Origin: Phoronis australis | Lineage: Eukaryota; Animalia; Phoronida | NCBI GenBank assembly: GCA_002633005.1 | Contig: NMRA01000260.1 | Coordinates: 499,292-563,291, forward strand | Length of the DNA stretch: 64,000 nucleotides | Direction: 5' to 3' | Part shown: one piece after another, positions 25,135-38,500 of the stretch | Position numbering within the stretch: the first letter of the stretch is position 1 | Layout of the letters: every line of letters begins with the position of its first letter | Made by a program: the position numbers and the translations under genes | Notes under the pieces: model-generated | What the model was told of the DNA's origin: nothing | The model's input: only the letters and a program-made list of their open reading frames with translations | Databases searched by the model: none

Positions 25135-28100
25135 ATGTCTCGAATAATCCTGTCGCTAGGGCTCTGTTATCTCTTCATTGCAGGTATGTTTTATATTGCA
25201 CAAGCACCTCTCAGAAACAAGTGGATGGTTCTAGTAATGTACATTTACCCCCTTTTATTGGTTTGAGCACTCATTTGCATTACCGTTAACATTAAATGTT
25301 AAATGTACAGGCCGTAGCAAATCAATCAAAAAAAATAATTTTCAGTACCCGATCTTTTCGTTTTCAGTAAAGATAAGGTGTTGTTTGTCACGACGATGTA
25401 TATTACACGATTAATAGTGAGGGGAGTTCGGCAGTTTTAATTCATCGCTAATTTTTTNGGCCGAAAATGAGTGAAAAACACGCAAGCAGTGGACATTAGT
25501 TGAGTCCCTATTTGGAACTGGGTCTCAGGACTGTTCGTTTAGTAGTGAGGAAGTGCGGATTTGTTGACAGAATATGGTTACAGACAATAACCTACACCTC
25601 AGATAAATTATATTAAAAACATTGTCCAATCTGTTTTAAACAACAGTACACGCCAACTGTAATGCGACAAAATACCATTTTGCCGCCATGACGTGTAATG
25701 ACCCGTCATGACATTTACCACCACCACTACCACCACAACCAGGCGTGCGTTCAGTAGACGGTAGGACCTACGCTAGGACTTAGCTAAAATCTAGTCAAAG
25801 ACACGTGTCCTCATTTAAGATACACGGCAATATCTCACGTAATCTCGCGAAGTCTTGCTTTTTATCGAGGTCCTAGAGTTAGTGAACGGGAGGCTGTACT
25901 GCTATTTTTCATTATTCTACATGTAGCTGGAGTGAACATGAATTCCAAAGGCGCTCAGCCGTCATGGCAGGAAATACCGGATCATCTTGTCCGAATACAG
26001 TATATTTGGCGTGTAATTTACACCAAATAAAACGAAAATTGAAAAGAGTACCCAAATTCTCTTTAATTTCGTGATTTCCTCTAATTTCATAAATTGCCTA
26101 CATCGGTCTTGTATTGTTTGGGAAAAGGGAATAATATTTTAAGAAGTAAGCAATGTTGTAAGCTTAAAATTACCAGTCAATAGGTGCATTTTGTCTCAGA
26201 GACTTACCTGTAACTAAAAGACAACATAGCCACAACGATAGGGTTGTTCGAGACATGTTCCTTTCGTCCGTTGATATATGTGATTCTGTTGCTCAGAGTT
26301 GACCTGGGATTTGCCGCTTGTAAAATAACCAAAGCCTTCTACGACATCATTAAATTAATATAAGACTCGCTTAAAGCATTGTGTAATAAATATGGGCTGC
26401 CGTTTTAAGCACATTAATCCTAGTTTTAATGCCGCCAAATCATTTGGCGTCATTGATTCTTGCCATCAATTTCCTAAAATTAAGCCAATTTTATATAAAC
26501 TGAAGAGAGAGATAAAATTTCTCTGTTGGACATGTCAGTCGGCTAGAACAACAATTTCGAACACAAAAATGATTTGCGGATATCTGCCCTACCTGCCTCT
26601 CGACTTATTTGTCGAAGTCGCGGTCACAGTCGCACTTTTTATGAACAGTTTCATAAACATAATGTAAGTGTATAAAGGGAACCTTATTCGGGCGTTTCGT
26701 CATTCCTGTTGCCGTGTCAATTCAATTGTCCGTAGATAAAATGTCCTTCTCATAAATTCTATGGTGAACGAAGATGTCATTTAGAACACGGGACACCTTG
26801 ATGACTGAAGTTTTGAGACGATATCATTGTCGGGACCTGAATTATTTTGAGGAGACGACTGGGCTGAAACAATATGTACATTCAACGGTAGAAAGAATTG
26901 GTGAAATATTCTTAAGGTTGAGTGAAAAGACGTGGGCCACCATGAATTGAAGGGAAACTTTCAAAGAAATGGTATAAACGGCCATCCATAATTGACAATC
27001 AGGAACAAATTTTTACCCCATGTTAACCTTGCCTGGTGAAATTAAAGTCATTTTTAAACTAACTGTTACGGTCAATGCTCGTAACTAATAGTAATGAATG
27101 GGAACGTGGTTTTATTTCACCTAACAGACCTCTGGCCCACATTACAAAAGTGTAATAAATTGCGATCAATAAGGTAGCGTTTAGTACAATAAGCTGACAA
27201 CAGGATATTGAAGGTTTAGAAATATTAAGTAGAGCGACGGAAAGCCATTGTGTTATATCCAGGGCAAAATGGACTGAGAAGGTTGCACGATCAAAGAAAG
27301 ATTTATGCAGCATAGATTCTAGTTATTTTCCAACCGCAAAGTTTTACGTATGCAAAAGGCTTTGGAACTGGAAAACGACACCTTGATTTCAGATCAAGAA
27401 AAAGTACAAGACGTGACCTCGAAATTTTAGGAAAAACTTTATAAGCCTTTGACAGTTAGATTTGGAATTTCAATAAAGTTTTGTTCCATTTTATTCCAAA
27501 GATTCAATTACGAGTTGGCTAAGACTGTTAAGTTTTGGTTAAGACTCTTAAGTGTTGGTTAAGACTATTAAGGCCAAGCAAAAGCAAACCAACGACATTT
27601 AAATACATGTAGGCATTTGTGAGTTTATATATACTCACCAATGCATACACATATTTTAATGTCACTGGTTGGCAATACTTTTTAGATGGTTCTCAGCGTA
27701 CAAGTTTTTTCGACGCGTGCGAGCTACTTAGAAAGTTCTGACTGAATACGCAGCGGCATCTGGGTCTCGGGTCTAATCATTTTACTGGAAGCCGATATTT
27801 TGAAGTGATATAAGTGTTTTTATCTCTTAATTCTATTTTGTTATGGCTGCCATGAAAAGTTACGTTGGAAACATACAGCAGTAGTGAATTTTGTAATTGT
27901 TTCAAGTCACTGTTTCAAGCCTGTGTAATCGTGCAACTTATCAACAACTGGACCAATTAGTTATCCAATGAGATAACGTCAAATAAGTGTAAGCACTGTT
28001 TATAAACTACTTTGCATGACAGCGTTTTCCTATTCAGTGACTTAACCGGATGTAGGAGGTTCTGAGCGTGTGATAACATCTAGCTTCAGTCTTTGTTAAC

Positions 28101-29542
28101 TGCCAAGCACACACTTTTGTCTGTTATGACAACAAGCAGGCCATTTCTTTACCAGGCGTATTCAGACCACGTGTGAACACAATCATAATGACGGAGTGGA
28201 TTGGTTGCAGTTGGGCGATTTTGGCGATTCAAAAGTTATAAACATGATCAAAATTTGACGAAGATTTCAGAAATGCTATTGGTTTATGTTCAGATATGTT
28301 ATAATTTAAATTTCATTTTTAACAGCACAGCCCAATCAGGGTAGATACGATATTAGTGGAGATTAGACTAAACAATTATCGAACAAAATAGAGCTGGCCC
28401 TTCAACCATGAATGTCAGAATTGAGTTAATCAGTCTTGTAAATAATGGCTACAGGGGTAAACTTCTCAACTTGTTGTTGGGCTATAGAATCGAACAAGTT
28501 GGGAGCAACGGGAAAACGTCGTGATGCAAATTTGGAGTCTTGTTTTGGTTGGATAAGATTGATCCTTAGTTAGGTCTTTGCTGTATTTTTCACTTATTTT
28601 GCTGATAAATTTTGATCATTTTCAGATTGATGACGAAGTACATGTAGGTTATGGGAAACTGAAGGTGAAAGGGAACAGTAGGTATGTGTGCTAGATTGTT
28701 GTACCAGAACTGGGTCTTGTAAGAACACATTTGCGTGCAGCATGTCATTCGGATTTACACAGTTGTTCAGTGCTTTTGGGGAAACATTCTGTAATGAAGT
28801 GTATGACTCAATACATGTTCAGTAAAACCTTTTAATAAAAATACAAGCAAGTTGATTTGGCGTAAATTTTAAACTGAAATATTTATATATTTTTATATAG
28901 TTTTAAGACAAGTCTATCAATCATCGTTTTACAAAAAGAAAAGAGCCGCGATTATTCGGAGATCGCGGCCCGCCAACCCGTGATGTGTTTTCTTTTAAGC
29001 GAGAGGCATATCTCGGATTATAGTAAAATTGAATCATGGACGGCAAAAATTTAGATTTAAAATAACATCTCCAAAACTGATTCAAAATTCCATGTTAAAG
29101 ATTCTAATTTCAAAACCAAAATTCAAAATCGAAGCATGGATAGGGTTCAAAATAACAAATATAGAAAATAAATACCAATTTCAATCTTCTATGAAAATTA
29201 TGTAATCCCTGAACCTGATTTCCTGTGCCCTTGTATTTCACGCGTTACTTCTAAGGACCAGGTAGGAATTGCGCATGTTACGTCATTAAATCAACAGCTT
29301 TGTGTTTTCTGGGCTGCCCAAATGCAATTGTTGGTGGGAGTCTCGAGCACTGTTAATATGCTTAGAAGTAATTCGCTAATTTACTATCCCGTTGGACAAA
29401 CACGCGAGTGCCATGGGTGTTATGTAATCCGTTTAATCCCCGTGTTCGCAGGCAGTCGATACAACAGTAAGAATATAGGTCGCGGAAGCCGGACCGTTAT
29501 TATTTGCGAGGGAACTTACGTTTCGGCGGGCGTGAATCGAAC

Positions 29543-29591
29543 ATGTCTCGAATAATCCTGTCGCTAGGGCTCTGTTTTCTCTTCATTACAG
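29543..29591 (+). CDS. Gene B exon 1 (signal peptide MSRIILSLGLCFLFIT)
   Basis: 49 nt, G|gtatgt donor. Confidence 0.85.
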
Positions 29592-32500
29592 GTATGTTTT
29601 ATATTGCACAAGCACCTCTCAGAAACAAGTGGATGGTTCTAGTAATGTACATTTACCCCCCTTTTATTGGTTTGAGCACTCATTTGCATTACCGTTAACA
29701 TTAAATGTTAAATGTACAGGCCGTAGCAAATCAAACAAAAAAAATAATTTTCAGTACCCGATCTTTTCGTTTTCAGTAAAGATTAAGTGTTGTTTGTCAC
29801 GACGATGTATATTACACGAATAATAGTGAGGGGAGTTCGGCAGTTTTAATTCATCGCTAATTTTTTAAATTTGCATATTTTGTTCTTTAGTCTTTGCATA
29901 CTAGAATTTGAAAAGTGTGAATGTCGCCGAATTCGTTTTTCTCTTACAATCGTTACTCAAGTTCCAAACGAAGGGATCTCCACCGGCACGAGAGATGTGA
30001 ATTCTCCACGGGTTTCATAAAAGCCACCTGTTATTAAATTAATGACTGAAATCTTTTTGAAAACTGATTAATTGTGTTGTACGATGTCAACTTTAAGTTT
30101 GAAACAAACAGCTTTATTTATATTTCACAGGTTAATGATTTTTACGTCGGCAAAAGCAAACGTTTTCTTTTTTGAATTGTATTACCTCAATCATGATTGT
30201 TATCGTTTAGGCTTCTACTCAAAAAGATGCATTGTTAATTTTGTCCATATTTTATGTTGATGACCATTATGTTTTCTATGAGTAGGAACAAAGTTAAGGC
30301 AACCCAAACATCTTTTTTGAGACATTTCACCGCCCTTCTCAAAAGCGTGCCAATTTCTAGATCACGATCACCCCGTTGCATTTCACTAGATGTCGCTAAT
30401 GTTCTTGGGATTACAAGAGAGGTTAAGTTAATGTTCAGAATCTAGAAGTTACTTCACACTTTCTCCTCTTGGGTGTGCCTATTGTTTACTAGGACGTCAT
30501 TGATTAAACACACGACACTTTTCGTTGTTGACAGTCTTTCTTCCGTTTCGTTCATGTGTTCGGAATAAAACACTATTCTGAACGGAACATAGATGAAGTA
30601 ACTGACCTAGCGACATAATTAAACGGTACTCGATATTTCGAAACTTGACGTCATAGTAAATGTCTGCTCTATGATGAAACAACAGCAGCTCAACGCACAA
30701 TCAACATTTTTAAATTGAATGATGAATCATTTGAAATAGGGAATTCAAGTCGTGACAACATACGGGTCAAGTCAGTCGCAGCGTCAACATTTTGCTCCCT
30801 GCAATGGCGCAAGTGGCTGACTGGGAGAGTGTGGAGTTTGCAAAAATTTTCCTCACCGAAAATCTTACCCCGCATTACCAGAAGAATTAACATTCTTGTT
30901 GAAAAAACAACAAAAAGTTTGTGGCATTTCCTCGTACGAGCACATTAGTACGAGTACATAATAGCATAGTAAACATTTTATTTCGTCTATAAAATTTATA
31001 GCTGCTGTGGCAGGCACTCTTGCGTTACACGTCATCAGTTCTGCACACGACACGTGGTTAGCATTAGGACGTCTCGTACTGAACTAGAAATTTGTAATTA
31101 GTTTAAGACAAGAAAAGGTTTCAAATATAAGATAGCAATTAATTTTATACAGAAGATAAAGAATCGATCGAAGTTTTAACTTTATAAAATAATCGATTGC
31201 CTTCCTTGGAAAAACGAACATTGAGTAACGCCTACAATCGTAGATTTCTGGTCGCGCTCAACTCGAGACGTACAAAAGTGCTTCAAACTCACAGTCTTGA
31301 AAGAGACATGGAACGCAAAAACTCCTAAGAATATCTTTAAACCAGGTCTCGGCCAATCTACATGTACTTCTTGGGGGTGCTAGCGTGAGAGTTATTCGCA
31401 TTGCAAAAATGAAAATTTATTTCAAACATGTGCCAGTTTACCAGTTATCCTTCATATTCGGTTATCTTATTTTACCGCGAATCTTATACAAATGTAAATT
31501 ACCACGTGCAACCGCTGCATTTTCATTCAAGGTTATCCGTTTGCCATAATTTCCCCCAGATATTTCCAAATCAACAGACCGCTGTACGTTTGGCATCATG
31601 AAACAAGTTTAACGATATGCATGCAAGCCCAAGTGTGGGAGTATCCTCTGCGAAAAATGACATGATAACCCAGCACATTCATCGAATTTATGACTTTCAC
31701 AAAATACAATGGTGAGGGGAAAGTAAAGCTTTACTAATTTTAGTTCTAAATCGAATATTGTAATTGAACGGGTCTGTACGTCTGTGGTGTTTACTCGTGA
31801 TGAGAAGGGTTGAGCGTCTTGTCTGAAGAACTTTTTCAGAATTTATACATGCACATGTAGTAGTTCTGAGGCGCTGTAGAGCTTGGGTCACAGACGAAAA
31901 AATCAAGGTCTGGATGGTAGCAAATCACTGTAAGGCCGGGCGGTTTCACAGTCGTGTTCACTCAGATCATTGTCGAAATTCCGCTCGTCACGTATACCGC
32001 TTACCTTTTCGCAAGAGTTTAAGTTAAAGATATGAGAATAAATATAAGGTGAAGAAGACACACTGCTTATCTAAGTTTATCAAAGGAAAATACCCAACTT
32101 TTCATTATACCTGACCCCTATTATTTGGAACATTACCCTATTTGGTAAATGTCTTCAACGAAAGGCTCGGATTTTGATTATACATTTTAGTTATACTCTT
32201 GACCTCACAGTTACACCGTGTACGTTTTGTTTTCTTATAGCCAGTTTAGTCGTCAACATTGTCTAGCTGTCTATTTTTGTAGTGGCTTTAAGTGTCAACA
32301 CTCTTGACAAGGAACTGACGAAGAAGATTCTGGAAGGTTATGAAACGTCAACCCGTCCCACTGACACTTTTCAAGATGCTGTGAACGTGACGATGGAAAT
32401 AGGGCTGCGAGAATTGTCGGAATTGGTACGAAGCATAAGTCATGTTGAGAGTTTGTGTTACCCTAGAGCCACTTTTGCCTTAATGGAGCATCTTGACCCC

Positions 32501-35500
32501 TATCAGCCGAAAGTAATGTACTCTATACGTGCAGCTCGTTCTAATGTTTGTTTTATGGCAAGTCGTATTGTTGACGGAGCAAGATGTACTCGAGAAATAT
32601 TACGTCACTGGTGAGGGTGTCTCAAATATCAATTACTGGACGTGCCCACGAAAAGGATATGCAGATTAGTTGGATAGCCACGGGTACCTTTCCACGTCAT
32701 GGGGATGGGGAAAAGTCATGATTCATTCAAAGTCCATTCAGATAACCGAATCATTGCACGACTTTGTCCACGAACTTGAATAATGACACCCGGGAGAGCG
32801 AGGCCTGTTAAAAGTATTGCTTTTCGAAAGATTTATGAACTAGCTTGTCTAACGGTGGCAAGAATGTCATTGCCAATACATTCAGAAATATCACAATCTC
32901 AGTTTTCTTCCTGAGAGCCAACTGTGGCTCAGTTTTGGAGTGAGCATTAAGATGCCGATGTTGTCCTAAAAATCCGGTCCTTGGCGAGGTTTACAATGAT
33001 CAGTATTTATACTGTTAGGCAATCCTCGATGCCAAGAATAATTTCATGAATAATCTAAGCTAGTGCGTTTTGTGCCCAAGCAACCCCTAAATAGTCACGT
33101 ACACTTCTCACAAAATTATTATCAAGTCCTGTGTTGGCCACTACTGTAACAAAAATATACTTTTCCTGTTATTACCAGGTCCCCAGAGAGCCCAATATAA
33201 GAACTTATTCTCCCCCACACGAGTGCGCACCTGCTATACGCATGCTAAATCTAGGTCGTGGGCCCGAGTGCCCATTAAGTCTGAGAGTGCTCATATGTTC
33301 TGCAATTGTCAGGCAAACTAGACCTCTGATCCGCTGTCTGCGAAAGGAGTTCCACACCAGTGAAATGCTGTCAGAGTGCAAAATACCTACAATGTCAAAT
33401 ACCGGCATACGTTCTGGTCATCACCACTTTCGTCTTGCCCCATTGCATGGGCGGCGCACCATAGGGGGCTGGGGGGTTATAGTCCGCCACTTTTTTCAGT
33501 GCGCCGTCTCTCGTGGTCTATAGACAGAGCACCACAGGGGGGATGAGGGGGCTTTAGCTGCCCCACTTTTTTCAGTGCTACGCCGCCCATGCATTATCAC
33601 GGCAGTTTTCACTTTAAAGCAGCCCCATCCCAAATGTTACCTTACATGGACCCGCCCAGGACAACTTCTTGCAAAGAAAATAAATATTTCGTCGCCGAAA
33701 AGGTTTTTTCCCACATCTCAAAAAGCAAATGCTAGATTTTCTTTACATTTCCACCAATAAGTACGTGGAGCGTCGTCAGAGGAATTTGATGGCCGTGATT
33801 TCACTTTAAATGTTACTTCCAGAAATTCCATTTTTGAAATAAAAAGATGTAGATACCGTATACAGCAATCTCAAGATGGACGCCTCTTGATTTTTTCAAT
33901 GCTTTCCTCATGGCTAAGATGGTTGCATGGATACAATTCTTAAGTGGCATATCGAAGTTTTCAGTCATTCCTTGACCTCACCCCCTTGCCTGCTTAAAAG
34001 AGTAAGTTTAATGGTTTTCCACAGACTCTGGGTGAGTGTAACCGGATGCTCAAAAACTCAGTTACATCGGTCAAAACTGTTTCCTATCATACTGTAATCG
34101 AAATAATTCCTCGTGTTTGTTGAAAGAACGTTCGAAATGGGCAATGAAACCGTATGGTTTACTCCCTATAAGATTCTACGCATTGTTTCGCGAGTGTGTA
34201 TAAAATGAGCTGGACCATTTAGATGTATGCGATGGAGCATAAACAACGTGAAAAATTTCGCAGTTCGATTGTCATTAAAATGCGCCATTCTTGCAACCAC
34301 AAATACTGTTTGGCCACTGTATTGTTATTAGAATTGGTCTATACTTGCTTCTCGTGTAATATACCTGTCTGCAAGAAATTTGATTGGGAAACTGAAAAAG
34401 CCAACGATACATACACGTAATACACTGGAACTGGCATTCAGCTCAGTCGGTTTGTAGTTTAAATGGTAAACGATCGCCGACCTCGGGACTTCCAATTACG
34501 AATCGGACATTATCGGTTTTATAGCCCAAAACTGAGTTTTGTGGGATATTTGTGGGCATGATAAACATTTTCTGGTTATTGGCTTTGACCAGGGATTTGA
34601 AACGACAAAATACAGTGTACGTGTTTTTGTGATTTAATTACAAATCACCAATTTTCACCGTACATGTAATCTGCCAGACATACTCTTGAATCAAACCCGG
34701 TTTCTTTACCACTGAAATACGCTCCAGGATAGCTCAAACCTTATTCACAAAAATTGTCCATTTTTACAATATTTCACATGTGTCTAGCAAAGTACCTTGA
34801 TTCTCGAGGAAATTCAAATAATATATATACATATATATACCGTGCAGTGAGAAAAAAGATTTAGCAGAACCACCTTGAAAACGCACGATCACATTAATAT
34901 TTGCTTACAACTTATCCGACGTCAAAGGTTACATGGGTGTCACTCAAGTCGAATCCGGCTCCCGCCAGGTACAGAACAGCTTCGTAAGTACCCTCAGGCG
35001 TTTCATTCACCGAGTCGACAAAATATTGAACCAACGAGGTGTACATATGATAGAAAGGTGCGAGGAAAACAAAGGCAAAACGTACTTTTGATCATGAGGG
35101 ACTTGTGTGTCTACATGTACATGCATACGACCGTAAAAAACCACGAGTCTCCTCTCGCCTCTGTGGTCCCGAACACAGCAAGTTGTAAAGAGAGATAAAT
35201 CTTCTCCAAATTCCTGTTTCGATCATGCTAACGACATGTCTTAACCACCGACTCGATTTTTGTTAGTCATTTCTTACTTGGTTTCGTATCAGTCTCCCGG
35301 CACATGACGTGTGTCTACAACAATGAACTGCGACATATTTTTAAGTCGATCAATCAACACCAACAATTGATCCCACCTCGTGTCTGGGGGCGATACATTT
35401 AAATGGTAGTTAAGTTAATTAAGCAGTGCAAATTCAGTTGACATTACGAGTGAATGTTGAAATAGCTAACATGGTTTAGGCATATGTAGGTTATATTGAA

Positions 35501-38500
35501 CGAAAATAAGTTTTCACCGAATAATTAACCGAAGACTTTGAGATTTTCACTCGTCCCATTTTAATAGGCTTTTTCTCGGCTTCGGCAAATCGACCTTATT
35601 TGAACTTAGGAACACGAGTTCTCGAAAACGACGTGGTGGATTTCGCTGAAGCTTTTCAAACTTAATTACAGAAGTTTTTGCCCATAATAGGATCAAAAAA
35701 ACTGACAATCGCCGCACAAATGAAAAAGTTCACATTGATTCAACGTTTCGTCTATTCATTACACATCATCAGGCTACAAACAATAAGATATCATGTGTCG
35801 ATATACCAATCAGGTTACACTCATTCCATCAAATGAAATGAGTGAGACAACAAGACAGGAAATAGTAATTACTAGTAGGTCATCACCAGAGCTGTAGTCT
35901 CACTGAGCTCTGCATTTTATTCAGAGAGTCAACAGCATGCTGGTTATGAATGGCCAATGACGCTTTAATGTAGAGTAATTCCTTTGTAGGTTCTTTAGAG
36001 ATTATACTGACTGAAATAGCTTGGTGGTTGTTACCATACATGTAGGCATTGTATCAGTAACATCCGCCAAGCTAATTCAGTCAGTGTAATCTTTAAAGAA
36101 CCTATAAAGAAATTACTATACATTAAAGAGTCATTGGCCATTCAGAATCAGCATCCTACTGGTTCTCTGAATAACATGCAGAGTTCAGTGGCAATCATCT
36201 CCTCAATCATTTCACTTCATGGATATAAACGGACTGGTGTATCGATGCTTTATTGTTTATAATCTGATGATGTCTAATAAATAGACAAAATGTTGAATCA
36301 ATGTGAAGTTGTTCATTGGTGCGGCGATTTTCCGTTTTCAAACTTAATATCCATTCATCAATCTCAAAAAGCTGTTAGGATTTTTGATAGAATGGCCTAA
36401 TGTCACCAACACGTCAGTGAATCGGTAAACGTGGACTTAAGTCCTTCTTGTAAACCGTTCAAGGTTCGTTGTCACCATAGACTTCGAGGTTAAGCGGCTA
36501 AGGCATGTGACTCGTGATTTTTTAGCCCGAAGTTTATTGAGGAAACGAATGGGAAAGACTGATCCAGCTGAAACCTGCGCCTTAAGCAGAGAGATTGAAT
36601 GAACTGCAGCCGATGCATTGAATACCGGCTGTAAAGTCTTGATGGACATTTCAAACATTTTGAAGTTTAATTTACTTCTTTATATTTCAGGTACAAAATG
36701 TGCAAATGTTGACAGTAAAAGCATGGATCAGACTCGTGAGTAACTCATCTAGTGGCGGATTTAGAGGGGGCCAAGAGGGCCACGGTCCCCTTAAAATTCT
36801 ACCACATACCATTTGGCAATTCGGGTACGAATTGCTGACTAGCATATGCGCGCATCCAGGGGAGCCCGGGGGGGGGGAGAAGAAACAATTCATAGACCTT
36901 GAACACACCCCGCTTACCGTTTTGTTTTAGTAATAAGGTCCGCAAACCCAAAAATTCGAGACCCCTGCATCCCTACATTTTAGGTTGGGCGCGCGCATGT
37001 GCCAAAATTCTGGTTACTCCTGTGCCCTGCCCCCCTAACTCAAAATCTTGGATTCGCCCCTGTCGTTCTCCTGTCTCCCATTGCATGCAGCGTCTTACAG
37101 AGAAATCATCGATTTAGATCAAGTTGTTGAAACTTTTGCGTTATAAACTTTAAGACGTGTTTTAAGAAGGACCAGAATATGTCCCAATTCTCCTCACACA
37201 TTGTTGTTTCGTTTGTTCCCTAGCGCTTTCACGGAAACTTGATTTTCCCGATGGTGTGTGATGAGAAACAGCGTCAAACCCCAAGAAAGTGTGTTACTTC
37301 AGTATCTAGGCTATGTTAGGCTTTCGTCTTGCTCTACGAACAGTGCAAGGGAAGGATTTCGTCTTGAAAACAGCACACTGTGTAACTTTCTAACTAGAAA
37401 GATGTTTACATCATTAAACTTTCGGAGCAGCAGACAAAGAGGCTCCAACTGTTCTTCTTTCAGTACTGGTATGACGCTTCTCTAACCTGGAATGTGTCCG
37501 ACTACAAAGGTGTTACCAGAACGGAGTTATCCACGGAACAGATTTGGCTTCCCGATATTGTTCTGTTCAACAGGTATCCCTTGACACTTCGATCTGTAGT
37601 CCTTCACATTAGAAAAGTTCTAAGGGAATTCAGATAATTTATGATTATTATTTTGAATTTGCACCTCTCCAATCACAAAATGCAACGTCATCGGCTTTTC
37701 ATATCGACTGGTACATCGTCCAAGTCAGTGTTGCGTAGTCCGTAAAATTAAGATTACGTAAGAACTCGAAAAATAACGCAGGTGAAAGATGAGTGCTTCG
37801 TGGGCTTACTCTTCGCAGCTTGCTTGCATGTTTTAGCAAAATGGCAGCCACTGAAGTGACTGGTCTATTTAGCCTTAGACTCTGGGATATATCAGGAACG
37901 CCATCTGGTGAGATTTTACGATATTAAACTACGACCTGGTTAACAATTTTTCAAAATTTCTCTTAATGCTCCCATTTCTCTTATTTTTCTGAAAAAATAT
38001 TGCTGCTCAACGCTGTTCCTTTGTTGTTAACCTGCATGAGTAATCACACCAGAATTACAGTTCTGCTGTAAACCAAATTAACCGTCGTGTTTAAGTTAGC
38101 AGAGAGCATATTGATCACCGTTGGCGTTTGCCGTCTAGATTATGTAATGCTGTGAGTAACCACTCGAATTCAATCATATATAATGTATTAGATATAAGAA
38201 CTGCATCACTGCACATACAACGATATTCAAGTCCAATGGTCAACTAATTAGTATCTAGCAGTGAGAGTCATTATAAAGACAATCTAAGGTCATGGGTTCA
38301 TACATGTATGCCACATGGCTGGCTTGTGATAAACAAACAGTAAAGCACATGGAGTAATCAGATACATGACAGATTATGACTCAAGTTATGGTAGCTAAGG
38401 TTTCAAAACATGTACTTAATGTGCCACTTGATTTAAATGCACCAGTTGGTCTCATCTTTTATCGTTAAAGAACGAGATTTCTACAGATACACACCGGATC

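Larger units (their letters stand above)
21033..29866. repeat. 4.4-kb direct tandem duplication (21033-25457 / 25459-29866) joined at a single N; probable haplotype-overlap assembly artefact
   Basis: Copies are near-identical with scattered SNPs and indels; the junction is exactly the n at 25458. It produces extra exon-1 copies at 25135-25183 (+, B) and 26208-26256 (-, A). Confidence 0.95.

Noticed and set aside
21818-29823. Repeated short ORFs (MGCRFKHINP..., MLHKSFFDRA..., MQLLVGVSS...) and a similar one at 60236
   Set aside because: They recur only because the DNA is duplicated; indels between copies shift the frames and there are no recognisable domains
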